From: an uncultured Staphylococcaceae bacterium
GTDB lineage: Bacteria > Bacillota_I > Bacilli_A > RFN20 > CAG-826
Assembly (NCBI GenBank): GCA_964562705.1
Contig: CAZLUI010000001.1
Location: 28,543 to 85,809 of the forward strand
Direction: 5' to 3'
DNA length: 57,267 nucleotides
This document shows, piece after piece, positions 7,538-16,975 of the stretch (its first letter is position 1; the number at the start of each line of letters is the position of its first letter). The notes under the pieces are model-generated. The model was given only the letters and a program-made list of their open reading frames with translations, ran no database searches and was not told where the DNA came from. The translations under genes were made by a program, and so were the position numbers.

Positions 7538-8757
7538 TGAGTGAATTTGCCACCATTCGTGCCCCTCATATCTTGCTTCCTCGTGAAGGCGTTGATTTAA
7601 ATGCCTTCGCAGTTATTGCTTGTGATCAATTCACATCCAATCAAGATTATTGGAAAGAAGTGGATAAGCTAACTAAGGGTAAGCCTTCCACTTATCACAT
7701 GATGTTTCCAGAAGCATATTTAGGACATACTGATGAAAAAGTTTATATCGATCAAATCAACAAGAATATTAAAGAATATTTAGATAAACAAATTCTGGTT
7801 GACCAAGGTGAATGCTTCATCCTTGTTGATCGAAGCACCAGCGTGGTGAAACATCGATTGGGATTAATTATTTCAATCGACCTAGAAGACTACACTTATA
7901 CAAAAGGCGTTAAAAGCCTTATCCGCGCTAGCGAAGCCACAATCGTGGAACGAATTCCACCTCGCTTAAAAATAAGAGAGAATGCCGCTGTTGAACTGCC
8001 ACATATTTTGTTCCTTTTTGATGACAAAGATGAATCGATTGTTGAAGATTTATATGCTCATAAAGACAAACTTGAAAAAGTGTATGATTTTGAATTAAAT
8101 CAAGATGGTGGCCACATCAAAGGCTACAAAGTTAGTAATACTAAAGCAGTAATCGATAAATTTGAGAAATTGTTAAAGAAAAATAACAATGGTCTCTTGT
8201 TTATCGTGGGGGATGGAAACCATTCTCTTGCGACTGCTAAAGCTCACTGGGATAAGATAAAAGTTAATCTATCAGAAGATGAGAAGAAAAATCATCCAGC
8301 TCGATATGCATTGGTGGAAGCATTGAACATTTATGATAAAGGTTTAATCTTTGAACCTATTCATCGCTTGGTGTTCAATGCTGGAAACGATTTCTTACCT
8401 GGACTTGAAAGCAAATTAAGTGGTGATTTTGTTAGTTTTGCTTACCAAAAAGAAACTGGCAAAAAAGAACTGCATATGCCATGTATTGCTCCAATGTGTT
8501 ACAAGATTGTTCAAAGTTATATTGATGAGTATCTAAAAGCTCATCCAGAAACTAGCGTTGATTATATTCATGATGTCAGTGAACTAATTAACTGCGCTGA
8601 TAAAAACAAAGGCTCGATTGCGATTGCAATGCCAGCCCTAACAAAAGGCGATATCTTCGATTATATTGCCGCCGACGATGTCTTGCCGAGAAAGTCATTC
8701 TCGATGGGACACGCCACAGAAAAGCGTTATTATCTCGAATCAAAGAGAATTAAATAA
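7537..8757 (+). CDS. DUF1015-family protein (function unknown), translationally coupled to gdhA
   Basis: Its ATG overlaps the gdhA stop (TAATG 7535-7539). About 400 aa with segments I associate with DUF1015 (VIACDQFTS..DYW, GDGNHSLATAK, EPIHRLVF, LPRKSF). In Clostridia-like genomes this family commonly sits beside serA/serC. Confidence 0.6.
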   Translation: MSEFATIRAPHILLPREGVDLNAFAVIACDQFTSNQDYWKEVDKLTKGKPSTYHMMFPEAYLGHTDEKVYIDQINKNIKEYLDKQILVDQGECFILVDRSTSVVKHRLGLIISIDLEDYTYTKGVKSLIRASEATIVERIPPRLKIRENAAVELPHILFLFDDKDESIVEDLYAHKDKLEKVYDFELNQDGGHIKGYKVSNTKAVIDKFEKLLKKNNNGLLFIVGDGNHSLATAKAHWDKIKVNLSEDEKKNHPARYALVEALNIYDKGLIFEPIHRLVFNAGNDFLPGLESKLSGDFVSFAYQKETGKKELHMPCIAPMCYKIVQSYIDEYLKAHPETSVDYIHDVSELINCADKNKGSIAIAMPALTKGDIFDYIAADDVLPRKSFSMGHATEKRYYLESKRIK

Positions 8758-8774
8758 CTTATAAAGGAGTACAA

Positions 8775-9863
8775 ATGAAAGAAAACCGTATTTACAACTT
8801 CTCCGCTGGACCAGCGATGCTGCCTGAGGAAGTCCTCGAAACAGCCGCTGCGGAAATGCTTGATTATAAAGGATCAGGCATGTCGGTCATGGAAATGTCG
8901 CATCGTTCCAAAGTCTATCAAGGCATCATTGATGAAGCTGAAGCCGATCTTCGTAAATTGATTGGAATCCCAGAAAATTACAAAGTCCTCTTCCTTCAAG
9001 GTGGTGCAACCCTTCAATTTGCCCTCATCCCACTCAATTTTATGACAACCGGCAAAGCCGATTACATCAACACTGGTGTGTGGACAAAGAAAGCCATTAA
9101 AGATGCCAAACTTTATGGTGAAGTAAATGTTATTGCCTCTGGCGAAGCTGATAATTTCAAAACCATTCCTGATGTTAATGGATTGAAATTTGATAAGGAC
9201 GCTAGCTATGTCTATATGTGTGATAACAACACTATTTTTGGTTCTAAATTTAAAGAATATCCAGAAACTGGTGATATCCCATTAATTTGCGATATGTCAT
9301 CCTGCTTCTTAAGTGAACCAATCGATGTTAAGAAATTTGGCATGATTTATGCCGGTGCTCAAAAGAACGTTGGACCAGCCGGTGTCACTATTCTCATCAT
9401 TCGCGATGATTTGCTTGCCCGCACTCCACGTCAACCATTACCAGCTTACTTCGATTATCGTCTCCATGTTGAGAATGGTTCGATGTATAATACTCCACCA
9501 ACATTTGGTATTTACATCTGTGGTTTAGTCTTCAAATGGTTGCTCAAAAATGGCGGTCTTGAAGCAAGAGAAAAAGCTAACATTGAAAAAGCCAAGATTT
9601 TATATGACTACCTCGATAACAGCAAACTCTTCACTCCGTATGTAACTAAGAAAGATCGTTCCTTGATGAACGTTACCTTCCGCACACCAAGTGAAGAACT
9701 TGATGCTGAATTCTTAGAAGGTGCTAAGAAATATCGCTTCACCAACTTGAAAGGTCACCGTTTAACTGGCGGACTTCGCGCCTCCATTTATAACGCCATG
9801 CCAAAAGCGGGTGTTGAAGCTCTTGTTAGTTACATGAAAGAATTTGAAGAGGCTCACAAATAA
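8775..9863 (+). CDS. serC: 3-phosphoserine aminotransferase
   Basis: N-terminal YNFSAGPAMLPEEVL, FLQGGATLQF, PLICDMSS, YAGAQKN.GPAG (PLP lysine) and GGLRASIYNAMP are all SerC hallmarks. RBS AAAGGAG lies upstream. Confidence 0.93.
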   Translation: MKENRIYNFSAGPAMLPEEVLETAAAEMLDYKGSGMSVMEMSHRSKVYQGIIDEAEADLRKLIGIPENYKVLFLQGGATLQFALIPLNFMTTGKADYINTGVWTKKAIKDAKLYGEVNVIASGEADNFKTIPDVNGLKFDKDASYVYMCDNNTIFGSKFKEYPETGDIPLICDMSSCFLSEPIDVKKFGMIYAGAQKNVGPAGVTILIIRDDLLARTPRQPLPAYFDYRLHVENGSMYNTPPTFGIYICGLVFKWLLKNGGLEAREKANIEKAKILYDYLDNSKLFTPYVTKKDRSLMNVTFRTPSEELDAEFLEGAKKYRFTNLKGHRLTGGLRASIYNAMPKAGVEALVSYMKEFEEAHK

Positions 9864-10999
9864 TGAATATCCTTTGCTTAAACAAGATATCTCCAGTTGG
9901 TCTTAAGGTTTTTCCACAATCATATAAGATTGTTGAAGATATAAATGCTGCCGATGCAATCTTAGTTCGTTCAGCTAACATGATTGAAACAATTCTTCCA
10001 GAAAAAGTTGTTAGTGTAGCTCGTGCCGGGGCCGGTGTTAATAACATTCCACTTGAACCTTACGCTAAAGCTGGCGTGGTGGTATTTAATACTCCAGGGG
10101 CAAACGCAAATGCGGTTAAGGAATTAACCATTGCTGCCATGCTTCTTGCGGCTCGTGATTTACGTGGATCGATGGAATGGGTTATTGCCAATAAAGGTGA
10201 TGAACTAATTAACAAATCAATGGAAAAAGCCAAAGGTGCTTATGCTGGAACGGAAATTCTTGGCAAAACCCTTGGAATTATCGGTTTAGGAGCAATTGGT
10301 GCTTTGGTTGCTCAAGCTGCTGGTGGACTTGGTATGCATGTTATTGGCGTTGAGCCAAGCGCAGCTACGATTGGAAGAAACAAACACCTTTTCCCAGATG
10401 ATATGGAAATTGTTTCCTATGATGAATTATATAAACGTGCTGATTATATTTCAGTTCACGTTCCTCTTCTTGACGCTACTCGTGGCCTAATTAATAAAGA
10501 CTCACTTGCCAAGATGAAAGACGGCGTTGTCATCATTAACTGTGCTCGTGATGCTATTATCAATGATGACGATATTGGTGAAGCCATTAAGGCTGGCAAA
10601 GTCAGAAAATATGTTACTGACTTCCCAACATATAAAACTGCCAATATGGATGGCGTAATTGCTATTTCTCACTTAGGTGCTTCTACTGAAGAAGCTGAAG
10701 ATAACTGCGCTGCAATGGCAGCCAAACAAGTTGTCGACTACATTGAGAATGGTAATATTATCAATTCCGTTAACTTCCCAAGAATTGATCTTGGCAAAAA
10801 AGAAGGTATCCGTCTTGTAGTCTTATATGAAGGCGATAAGAGCAAGGAAATCCAAGCAATTGTTGCTAAAAATGCCGGAATTAAAAAGATGGTTTCTGGT
10901 GTTAAAGGTGCCTTTGGAGCTTCTTTATTTGAAATTGATAAAGAGATTTGTGCGTGTCACTTTGAAGGTATTGCCCTTCGTGTTAGACTAATTAAATAG
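9863..10999 (+). CDS. serA: D-3-phosphoglycerate dehydrogenase (short form with a C-terminal ACT-like domain)
   Basis: TAATG overlap with serC. 2-hydroxyacid dehydrogenase NAD fold (LGIIGLGAIGALVA), SVHVPL and INCARD motifs. Confidence 0.88.
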   Translation: MNILCLNKISPVGLKVFPQSYKIVEDINAADAILVRSANMIETILPEKVVSVARAGAGVNNIPLEPYAKAGVVVFNTPGANANAVKELTIAAMLLAARDLRGSMEWVIANKGDELINKSMEKAKGAYAGTEILGKTLGIIGLGAIGALVAQAAGGLGMHVIGVEPSAATIGRNKHLFPDDMEIVSYDELYKRADYISVHVPLLDATRGLINKDSLAKMKDGVVIINCARDAIINDDDIGEAIKAGKVRKYVTDFPTYKTANMDGVIAISHLGASTEEAEDNCAAMAAKQVVDYIENGNIINSVNFPRIDLGKKEGIRLVVLYEGDKSKEIQAIVAKNAGIKKMVSGVKGAFGASLFEIDKEICACHFEGIALRVRLIK

Positions 11000-11010
11000 T
11001 TAGCCAAATT

Positions 11011-11045
11011 AAAAGCATTCTGCGTTTGTTGCGGAATGCTTTTTT
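11011..11045. terminator. Bidirectional rho-independent terminator between convergent serA and arcC
   Basis: 11-bp stem (AAGCATTCTGC / GCGGAATGCTT, one G-U), 7-nt loop, with an A-run on one side and a T-run on the other. Confidence 0.8.
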
Positions 11046-11052
11046 GTATGTC

Positions 11053-11970
11053 TTATTTAATGATTGTTCCGGCTTTTCCGTCGAAGGCTAAGTTAGCTTT
11101 TTCAAGGGAAGAGACGATGGCAATTTTGCCAGGCATCTTTTCAAGGAACTTAACACAAGCATTGACTTTTGGATACATGCTACCTTTAGCAAAGTAATCA
11201 GTATTCAGGTAATCTTTCATTTCTTGAAGTGATACTTTCTCAAGCTTCTTTTGATCTTGTTTATTGAAGTTAATATAGACATTATCAACAGCAGTTAAAA
11301 TCACAAGATAGTCAGCATCTACAAGTTCAGCAACTTTAGCAGAAGCGTAATCTTTGTCGATGACCGCAGCGATTCCTTCAAGAGCTTCACCTTTACGAAT
11401 GACAGGGATTCCTCCGCCACCAGCACAGATGACGATATCGCCTTTTTTAACTAATGTTGAAATACTTTCTTTTTCAATAACATCTATTGGAAGTGGTGAC
11501 GCCACGACTCTGCGATAGCCTCGTCCAGCATCTTCTTTCATAGAATAGCCTTTTTCTGCAACGATTTTGTCAGCTTCCTCTTTAGAATAGAAGGCTCCAA
11601 CAGGTTTAGATGGGCTCTTGAAAAGTGGATCATCTTTGTCGACAAGCACTTGAGTGACAACGGTGCAAACATTGCGGACGATGCCTTCTTCTTTAAGAGC
11701 GTTATAGATTGCATTTTGAATATGAAAACCAATATAACCTTGGCTCATAGCCCCGCATTCAGGAAATGGCATATCTGGAGCCGAGGTAGATTCCGTGAAA
11801 GCGAGGTTAATCATTCCTACTTGGGGTCCATTACCGTGGACAATGACAACTTCATTACCTAATTTAATTAAATGGACAATTGATTTAGCGACACCAACAA
11901 GAAGAGCTTTTTGCTCTTCGGCATTTTTTCCTAAGGCATTACCGCCTAAAGAAACGACATATCTAGACAT
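11053..11970 (-). CDS. arcC: Carbamate kinase (YqeA/ArcC family)
   Basis: YVVSLGGNALG, VIVHGNGPQVG and ICAGGGGIPV are typical carbamate kinase motifs. The start is at MSRY (ATG 11968-11970), 8 nt after GGAG; the track ORF extends to 11991. Confidence 0.9.
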   Translation of the reverse strand: MSRYVVSLGGNALGKNAEEQKALLVGVAKSIVHLIKLGNEVVIVHGNGPQVGMINLAFTESTSAPDMPFPECGAMSQGYIGFHIQNAIYNALKEEGIVRNVCTVVTQVLVDKDDPLFKSPSKPVGAFYSKEEADKIVAEKGYSMKEDAGRGYRRVVASPLPIDVIEKESISTLVKKGDIVICAGGGGIPVIRKGEALEGIAAVIDKDYASAKVAELVDADYLVILTAVDNVYINFNKQDQKKLEKVSLQEMKDYLNTDYFAKGSMYPKVNACVKFLEKMPGKIAIVSSLEKANLAFDGKAGTIIK

Positions 11971-12085
11971 ATTTATATCTCCTTGAAACAAATTAATTAT
12001 ATCTTTGTTCCTCGCTTATAACAAACGGGAGTTGAAAAGGCTTTCATTGTTTAGTAAAATTAAATCATAACAAAAAGGGGAGAGT

Positions 12086-12709
12086 ATGAAAAAATCATTA
12101 ATTTTGTTACCATTATTAGCAGCATGCTTAGTTGGTTGTGGCGAATCGTCTGATCCTACAACTAGTACGACAACTAGTACGACAGATTCAACATCAACAA
12201 CAACAACAACAACACCTGCACCAACTGGCGAAGTTGTTTATAGCTTTGCAAACTTAACTGGCAAAGGTGTTGCCTTTGATACTACAACAGCTTTAGCAGC
12301 ATTCTCAGGTGGAGTTCAATCAGGAACCGATATTGTTTCTGCAGTCTCAGAAGTCAGCACTGTTTATGACGGAAGCGGCACTGGTGGTGCCTACGAAAAC
12401 ACAGCTGGTTTAATTAAGTTTGGTAAGAGTGCTGAGTCAGGGTCAATCACCTTAACACTTTCAAAATCAATTAGCCATGTTGTCATTAACTGTTTTGATT
12501 ATTATGTAAAAACAGAAGCACATCCAACAGCCTCCAACAGCGTTGTTGTCAATGGCGTTTCACAAACATGTCCATATGCTGAAACTGCTACACCAGCAGA
12601 TTTAACATTTGATCTTGCCACTGCTTCGAGTACCTTGACAATTGCCTCAGCTAACGTTAATGCAACAAAAGGTGGCCGTTTCCACATGTTCTCAATAAAA
12701 TTGAGCTAA
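12086..12709 (+). CDS. Lipoprotein with a Thr/Ser-rich linker; paralogue of 5166-5984
   Basis: MKKSLILLPLLAACLVG-C lipobox, a T/S linker, then a domain with GLIKFGKSAESGSITLTLSKS similar to the other family members. RBS GGGGAGAG. Confidence 0.75.
   Translation: MKKSLILLPLLAACLVGCGESSDPTTSTTTSTTDSTSTTTTTTPAPTGEVVYSFANLTGKGVAFDTTTALAAFSGGVQSGTDIVSAVSEVSTVYDGSGTGGAYENTAGLIKFGKSAESGSITLTLSKSISHVVINCFDYYVKTEAHPTASNSVVVNGVSQTCPYAETATPADLTFDLATASSTLTIASANVNATKGGRFHMFSIKLS
12158..12214 (+). repeat. In-frame coding micro/minisatellites in the lipoprotein linker
   Basis: Exact tandem 12-mer ACAACTAGTACG x2 (12158-12181) and (ACA)6 (12197-12214), the latter encoding the Thr run. Confidence 0.85.
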
Positions 12710-12731
12710 TTATATAGCTAAATTTACAATT

Positions 12732-12761
12732 AAATCCCTTGGAAATTCTAAGGGATTTTTT
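12732..12761 (+). terminator. Rho-independent terminator after the lipoprotein gene
   Basis: 9-bp stem AAATCCCTT / AAGGGATTT, 9-nt loop, T-run. Confidence 0.8.
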
Positions 12762-12802
12762 GTTGCCTATAAAATTCAAGGTTAATTTTCGTATACGCGT
12801 AC

Positions 12803-12831
12803 TTGCGATGTAAGGCGTTACAATGTAAAAT
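12803..12831 (+). promoter_or_regulatory. Candidate sigma-A promoter of the mocA...ygeW operon
   Basis: TTGCGA (12803-12808), a 17-nt spacer, then TAAAAT (12826-12831), 25 nt upstream of the mocA ATG (RBS GAGGA). Confidence 0.5.
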
Positions 12832-12856
12832 ATAAACATAAATAAACGAGGATTCT

Positions 12857-13417
12857 ATGGCGACAGGAATTATCTTGGCTGGTGGCGAAAGCCGACGTGC
12901 TAATACAAACAAAATGCTGCTTGAGATTTATGATAAGCCGCTTATTTTGCACACGATTGAAAACATGTCTCCTTTCGTTGAGAAGATTATTGTTGTCACT
13001 GGAAAATACCATGAGGAACTTAAACCCCTTTTGAAGGATGTTGAAGTTGTTTATAATGCGGATTATCAAAAAGGAATGTTTTCTTCTGTTCAGGCTGGTG
13101 TTAAGCATGCGGAAGGAAACTTTTTCATTTTTCCTGGTGATTGTCCATTTGTAAAAGCTTCTACTTTCAACGCTTTAATGGTTGGCTCGGATTTTTTAAT
13201 TCGCGTGCCTATGTATAAAGAAAAAACTGGTCATCCAACTTACTTCAATGCAAAAATGAAGGACAAAATATTGTCTGCTCCCACCGATTCAAATCTGCGA
13301 GTTCTAAGAGATGAAGTTGGGTTTGAAACCGTGGAAGTTAATGATCCAAATATCTTAAATGACATTGATACGATAAACGATTATCAGCAGATGATTAACA
13401 AACTTGAAAGGAATTAA
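12857..13417 (+). CDS. mocA: Molybdenum cofactor cytidylyltransferase (MocA/YgfJ family)
   Basis: N-terminal GIILAGGESRR..TNK nucleotidyltransferase motif, ~186 aa, a GDCPF segment and a C-terminal DIDT..DY, as in E. coli MocA. It sits ahead of Mo-hydroxylase genes. Confidence 0.8.
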   Translation: MATGIILAGGESRRANTNKMLLEIYDKPLILHTIENMSPFVEKIIVVTGKYHEELKPLLKDVEVVYNADYQKGMFSSVQAGVKHAEGNFFIFPGDCPFVKASTFNALMVGSDFLIRVPMYKEKTGHPTYFNAKMKDKILSAPTDSNLRVLRDEVGFETVEVNDPNILNDIDTINDYQQMINKLERN

Positions 13418-13419
13418 TT

Positions 13420-14205
13420 ATGAAAGCAAACTCTTACGTTAGAGCCAAATCGCTTGAAGAAGCATATGAACTTCTAAAAGCTAACCCACTTAACAAAATC
13501 CTTGGTGGTGGTCTTTGGCTTAAAAAAGGAAACGCCTCAGTTAATGTGTTAATTGATTTGGTAGACTTAGGCCTAGATAAGATTGAAGATGATGGCGATT
13601 TTATTAAAGTTGGAGCTTTAGTGAATCAAAGAGACTTTGAGAAAAGCGAATTAGTGAAAGAAATATGTCATGGAATACTTAGCAAGGCCGCATCCTCAAT
13701 CATGGGACCTGCCTTTAGACAAGTGGCCACAATTGGTGGCTCAGTATTTGGCAAATATGGTTTTTCTGATTTAATTAGTGCCCTTTTAGTTTGCAATGCT
13801 TCTTTAGTGTTTTACCCAAGTGGAGAAATGAATTTAGAAGATTATTTAAAACAACCAGGATTTTCCAAAGAAATTTTAACTCACATTATCATCAAGAAAT
13901 GTCATCGTGTCTCCTACTTCAAAAAAGTTGGAATCACTGCGTTAGATTATCCAATTATTAATGTCGCAATCACTAGATGTGTCAACCACGATAGATATCG
14001 AGTTGTGGTTGGATCTCGCGCTGGTGTTGCTAGTTTTGCTAGCGATGTCATGGAGGCTTTAGATAATGGCGAAAGAGATTTCGAAAAGGTTGCAAAACTT
14101 GTTTCAAAGATGAAATTCTCCGATAGCTTAGCTGCTAAAGCGGATTACCGTGAACATCTTGCAGAAATATATGTTCGTCGTGGTCTAGAGGAGGTCAACA
14201 AATAA
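13420..14205 (+). CDS. FAD-binding subunit of a xanthine dehydrogenase-family Mo-hydroxylase (YgfM-like, 261 aa)
   Basis: CO-dehydrogenase-flavoprotein-type sequence (FRQVATIGGSVFG...SDLISALLV.NASL). Its size and position match YgfM. The usual GGTDL motif is degenerate (ILGGGLWL). Confidence 0.75.
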   Translation: MKANSYVRAKSLEEAYELLKANPLNKILGGGLWLKKGNASVNVLIDLVDLGLDKIEDDGDFIKVGALVNQRDFEKSELVKEICHGILSKAASSIMGPAFRQVATIGGSVFGKYGFSDLISALLVCNASLVFYPSGEMNLEDYLKQPGFSKEILTHIIIKKCHRVSYFKKVGITALDYPIINVAITRCVNHDRYRVVVGSRAGVASFASDVMEALDNGERDFEKVAKLVSKMKFSDSLAAKADYREHLAEIYVRRGLEEVNK

Positions 14206-14657
14206 TGATCGTAAAATTTAAATTAAATGGTTTACCAGTTAGTTTTGATGTTAAACCTGGAGAATTCCTCCTTGATACTTTAAGAGAACACGGCGTTAAA
14301 TCGCTAAAGAAAGGTTGTGACGGCTCTGCTTGTGGTGTTTGTTCTCTCTTATTCGATGGACACCCAGTTTTATCTTGTTCACTTCTTTCACTCCGTTGTG
14401 AAGGCCATGAAATTACAACAGTTGAAGGCATACAAAGTGTCGCTAGTAAAATTGCGGAATGCTTTGCTAGTGAAGGTGCTGATCAATGCGGTTATTGCAA
14501 CTCTTCCTTCGCGTTAGTGATTCACGCTTTAAGCCAAGAACTCAAAAACCCAACTGACGAAGAAATTAAGAAATATATGGTTGGTAACCTATGCCGTTGC
14601 ACTGGCTATCAATCTCAAATTAAGGCAATTAAGAAATATTTAGGAGGGCTCAAATAA
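14205..14657 (+). CDS. [2Fe-2S] small subunit of a Mo-hydroxylase
   Basis: GCDGSACGVCS, QCGYC and CRCTGY cysteine motifs. TAATG coupling at both ends. Confidence 0.88.
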   Translation: MIVKFKLNGLPVSFDVKPGEFLLDTLREHGVKSLKKGCDGSACGVCSLLFDGHPVLSCSLLSLRCEGHEITTVEGIQSVASKIAECFASEGADQCGYCNSSFALVIHALSQELKNPTDEEIKKYMVGNLCRCTGYQSQIKAIKKYLGGLK

Positions 14658-16975
14658 TGAAGAAATTCAAAGTAGTTAATAACCTCACCCCTTCCCTCGA
14701 TGGTAAAGGCTTGATGATGGGCCGTCCTTATTACACCGATGATTTTGCGGATCAAAATTCGTTAATTATTAAGATTTTAAGAAGCCCACACGCTTTTGCA
14801 CATATCAAGAACATTGATGTTTCGGAAGCTGAAAAACTTGCCGGAGTTGAATGTGTTTTAACATATAAAAATGTTCCACATGTTTCTTTCTCCCGTGCAG
14901 GACAAGGCTATCCTGAACCATCGCCTCACGATAAATTCGTTTTGGATGAATATGTTCGTTATGTTGGTGATGAGGTCGCCGTTGTGGCAGCCGTTAATGA
15001 AGAAATCGCTCTTGAAGCTTTGAAACTAATCAAAGTGGAATACGAAGTTCTTGAGCCAATTTTAGATTTTGAAAAATCATATGAGAACAAAACTATCATC
15101 CATCCAGAAGATGGCATCATTGAAATGTTCCCGATTGGTTTTGAGCCAAAAAAGAATGTTGCTGCTGCCTATGAGATGCATGTTAATGATGTCGATGAAG
15201 TTTTCAAAAAATGTGATTATATTGTCGAAGAAACTTTCTATTCTCAAGCCCAAGCTCATGCGATGCTTGAGCCACATGCTTGCAATGCGCGTCTTGACGC
15301 TCATAATCGTTTGGTTATTTATTCAACAACTCAAACTCCTTACCACGTTCGTCGTATCATTGCGAAAACACTTGGTTTACCAACTGAGAAGATTCGGGTA
15401 ATTAAGCCACGTGTTGGCGGTGGTTTTGGTGGCAAACAAGCTTTCCACGGAGAGATGTTTGCATCCCTTGTTACTTTAAGAACAAATAAACCTTCCAAGT
15501 GTGTTTTCACGCGTGAAGAAGTATTTGGTTCATCTTATACTCGTCATCCTATGAGAATCACTATGAAAATCGGCGCAACAAAAGATGGCAAGATTCGTGC
15601 TATCGATTGTTCCGCTCTTTCCGATACTGGAGCTTATGGTGAACATTCGCTAACAGTCTTCATGATTGTTGGTTCTAAAGTATTACCTTTATATAACAAA
15701 GTTGACGCTGTTAGATTTGGTGGCAAAGTTGTTTATTCTAACCATGTTTCTGCTGGTGCCTATCGAGGCTATGGCGCGATTCAAGGCAACTACGCCTTAG
15801 AAGCGACCATTGATATTTTGGCGGAAAAGATGGGTGTTGATCCAATTAAACTCCGTGAAGATAATTCGATGCGTGAAAAAGAAACTTCTCCAATTTTTGA
15901 GATTATGGGCGAAGGAACAAAAGGCACTCCAATGATTATGGAAAGTTGCAAGCTTCCATATTGTATAAGTCGTGGTAAAGAACTTATTGGTTGGGATGAT
16001 AAATACCCAATGAAAAAAGTTGGACCACACACAATTAGATCAGTTGGTATGGCTATTGCTATGCAAGGCAGCGGAATTCCATTCCTTGATATGGGTAGCT
16101 GTTCCATCAAATTAAATGATGGTGGTTCTTACATGGTCACTGTTGGAGCAACCGATATTGGGCAAGGTTCCGACACCGTCATCGCTCAAATCGTGGCTGA
16201 AGAATTGTCGACCACAATTGATAAAGTTTTGATATATTCATCAGACACTGATTTAACTCCGTATGATTGCGGCGCTTACGCCTCATCAACCACCTATGTT
16301 AGTGGCAACGCTGCTTATCAAGCAGCTCACAAAATGCGCGAGAGACTTATTAGCGAAGCTGCTGAATTCTTAGAAGTTAAAGAAGATACAGTTGATTTCG
16401 ATGGTGTAAAGTTTGTTTCTGGCGATAAAGAAGTAACGTTGGATGATTTATCAACTAAACGTTTATATAACACAAATACCCATCAAATTGCAGTCACCGA
16501 AAGCTATCATGGTCATGTTTCTCCACCTCCATTCATGGCAGGTTATGCCGAAATTGAAATCGACACTGAAACATATGAATACAAAGTTTTAAATTATGTC
16601 AGCGTTGTTGACTGTGGCACAACTATTAACCCAGGCCTAGCAAAAGGTCAAGTTGAGGGGGGAATTATTCAAGGTTTAGGAATGGCAAGTTATGAAGAAG
16701 TAAAATATTCTCCAAAAGGCAAACTATTATCCAACACCTTTGATTCATACCATATTCCAACAACGATGGAAGTTAATAAATTAACAACTGAATTTGCGGA
16801 TTCTTATGAAATCAGTGGACCATTTGGTGCTAAATCGGTAGGAGAGATTGGTATTGATACTCCTCCAGCGATTATTTGCAATGCGATTTACAACGCTCTT
16901 GGCGTGAGAATTCACTCTCTGCCAATTACTCCAGAAAAAATCTACGAGGCCATGAAAGCAAAAGAAGGCAAATAA
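14657..16975 (+). CDS. Molybdopterin-binding large subunit, xanthine dehydrogenase/aldehyde oxidase family (XdhD-like, split from its Fe-S domain)
   Basis: RVGGGFGGKQ (15416-15439), AYRGYGAIQ and a C-terminal GAKSVGEIG (catalytic Glu). 772 aa. Confidence 0.88.
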   Translation: MKKFKVVNNLTPSLDGKGLMMGRPYYTDDFADQNSLIIKILRSPHAFAHIKNIDVSEAEKLAGVECVLTYKNVPHVSFSRAGQGYPEPSPHDKFVLDEYVRYVGDEVAVVAAVNEEIALEALKLIKVEYEVLEPILDFEKSYENKTIIHPEDGIIEMFPIGFEPKKNVAAAYEMHVNDVDEVFKKCDYIVEETFYSQAQAHAMLEPHACNARLDAHNRLVIYSTTQTPYHVRRIIAKTLGLPTEKIRVIKPRVGGGFGGKQAFHGEMFASLVTLRTNKPSKCVFTREEVFGSSYTRHPMRITMKIGATKDGKIRAIDCSALSDTGAYGEHSLTVFMIVGSKVLPLYNKVDAVRFGGKVVYSNHVSAGAYRGYGAIQGNYALEATIDILAEKMGVDPIKLREDNSMREKETSPIFEIMGEGTKGTPMIMESCKLPYCISRGKELIGWDDKYPMKKVGPHTIRSVGMAIAMQGSGIPFLDMGSCSIKLNDGGSYMVTVGATDIGQGSDTVIAQIVAEELSTTIDKVLIYSSDTDLTPYDCGAYASSTTYVSGNAAYQAAHKMRERLISEAAEFLEVKEDTVDFDGVKFVSGDKEVTLDDLSTKRLYNTNTHQIAVTESYHGHVSPPPFMAGYAEIEIDTETYEYKVLNYVSVVDCGTTINPGLAKGQVEGGIIQGLGMASYEEVKYSPKGKLLSNTFDSYHIPTTMEVNKLTTEFADSYEISGPFGAKSVGEIGIDTPPAIICNAIYNALGVRIHSLPITPEKIYEAMKAKEGK

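Noticed and set aside
16876-16974. N-terminal extension of the hydantoinase-like ORF given by the ORF track
   Set aside because: The extension lies wholly inside the 3' end of the Mo-subunit gene in another frame. ATG 16975 overlaps the upstream stop (TAATG) and gives a normal amidohydrolase N-terminus.
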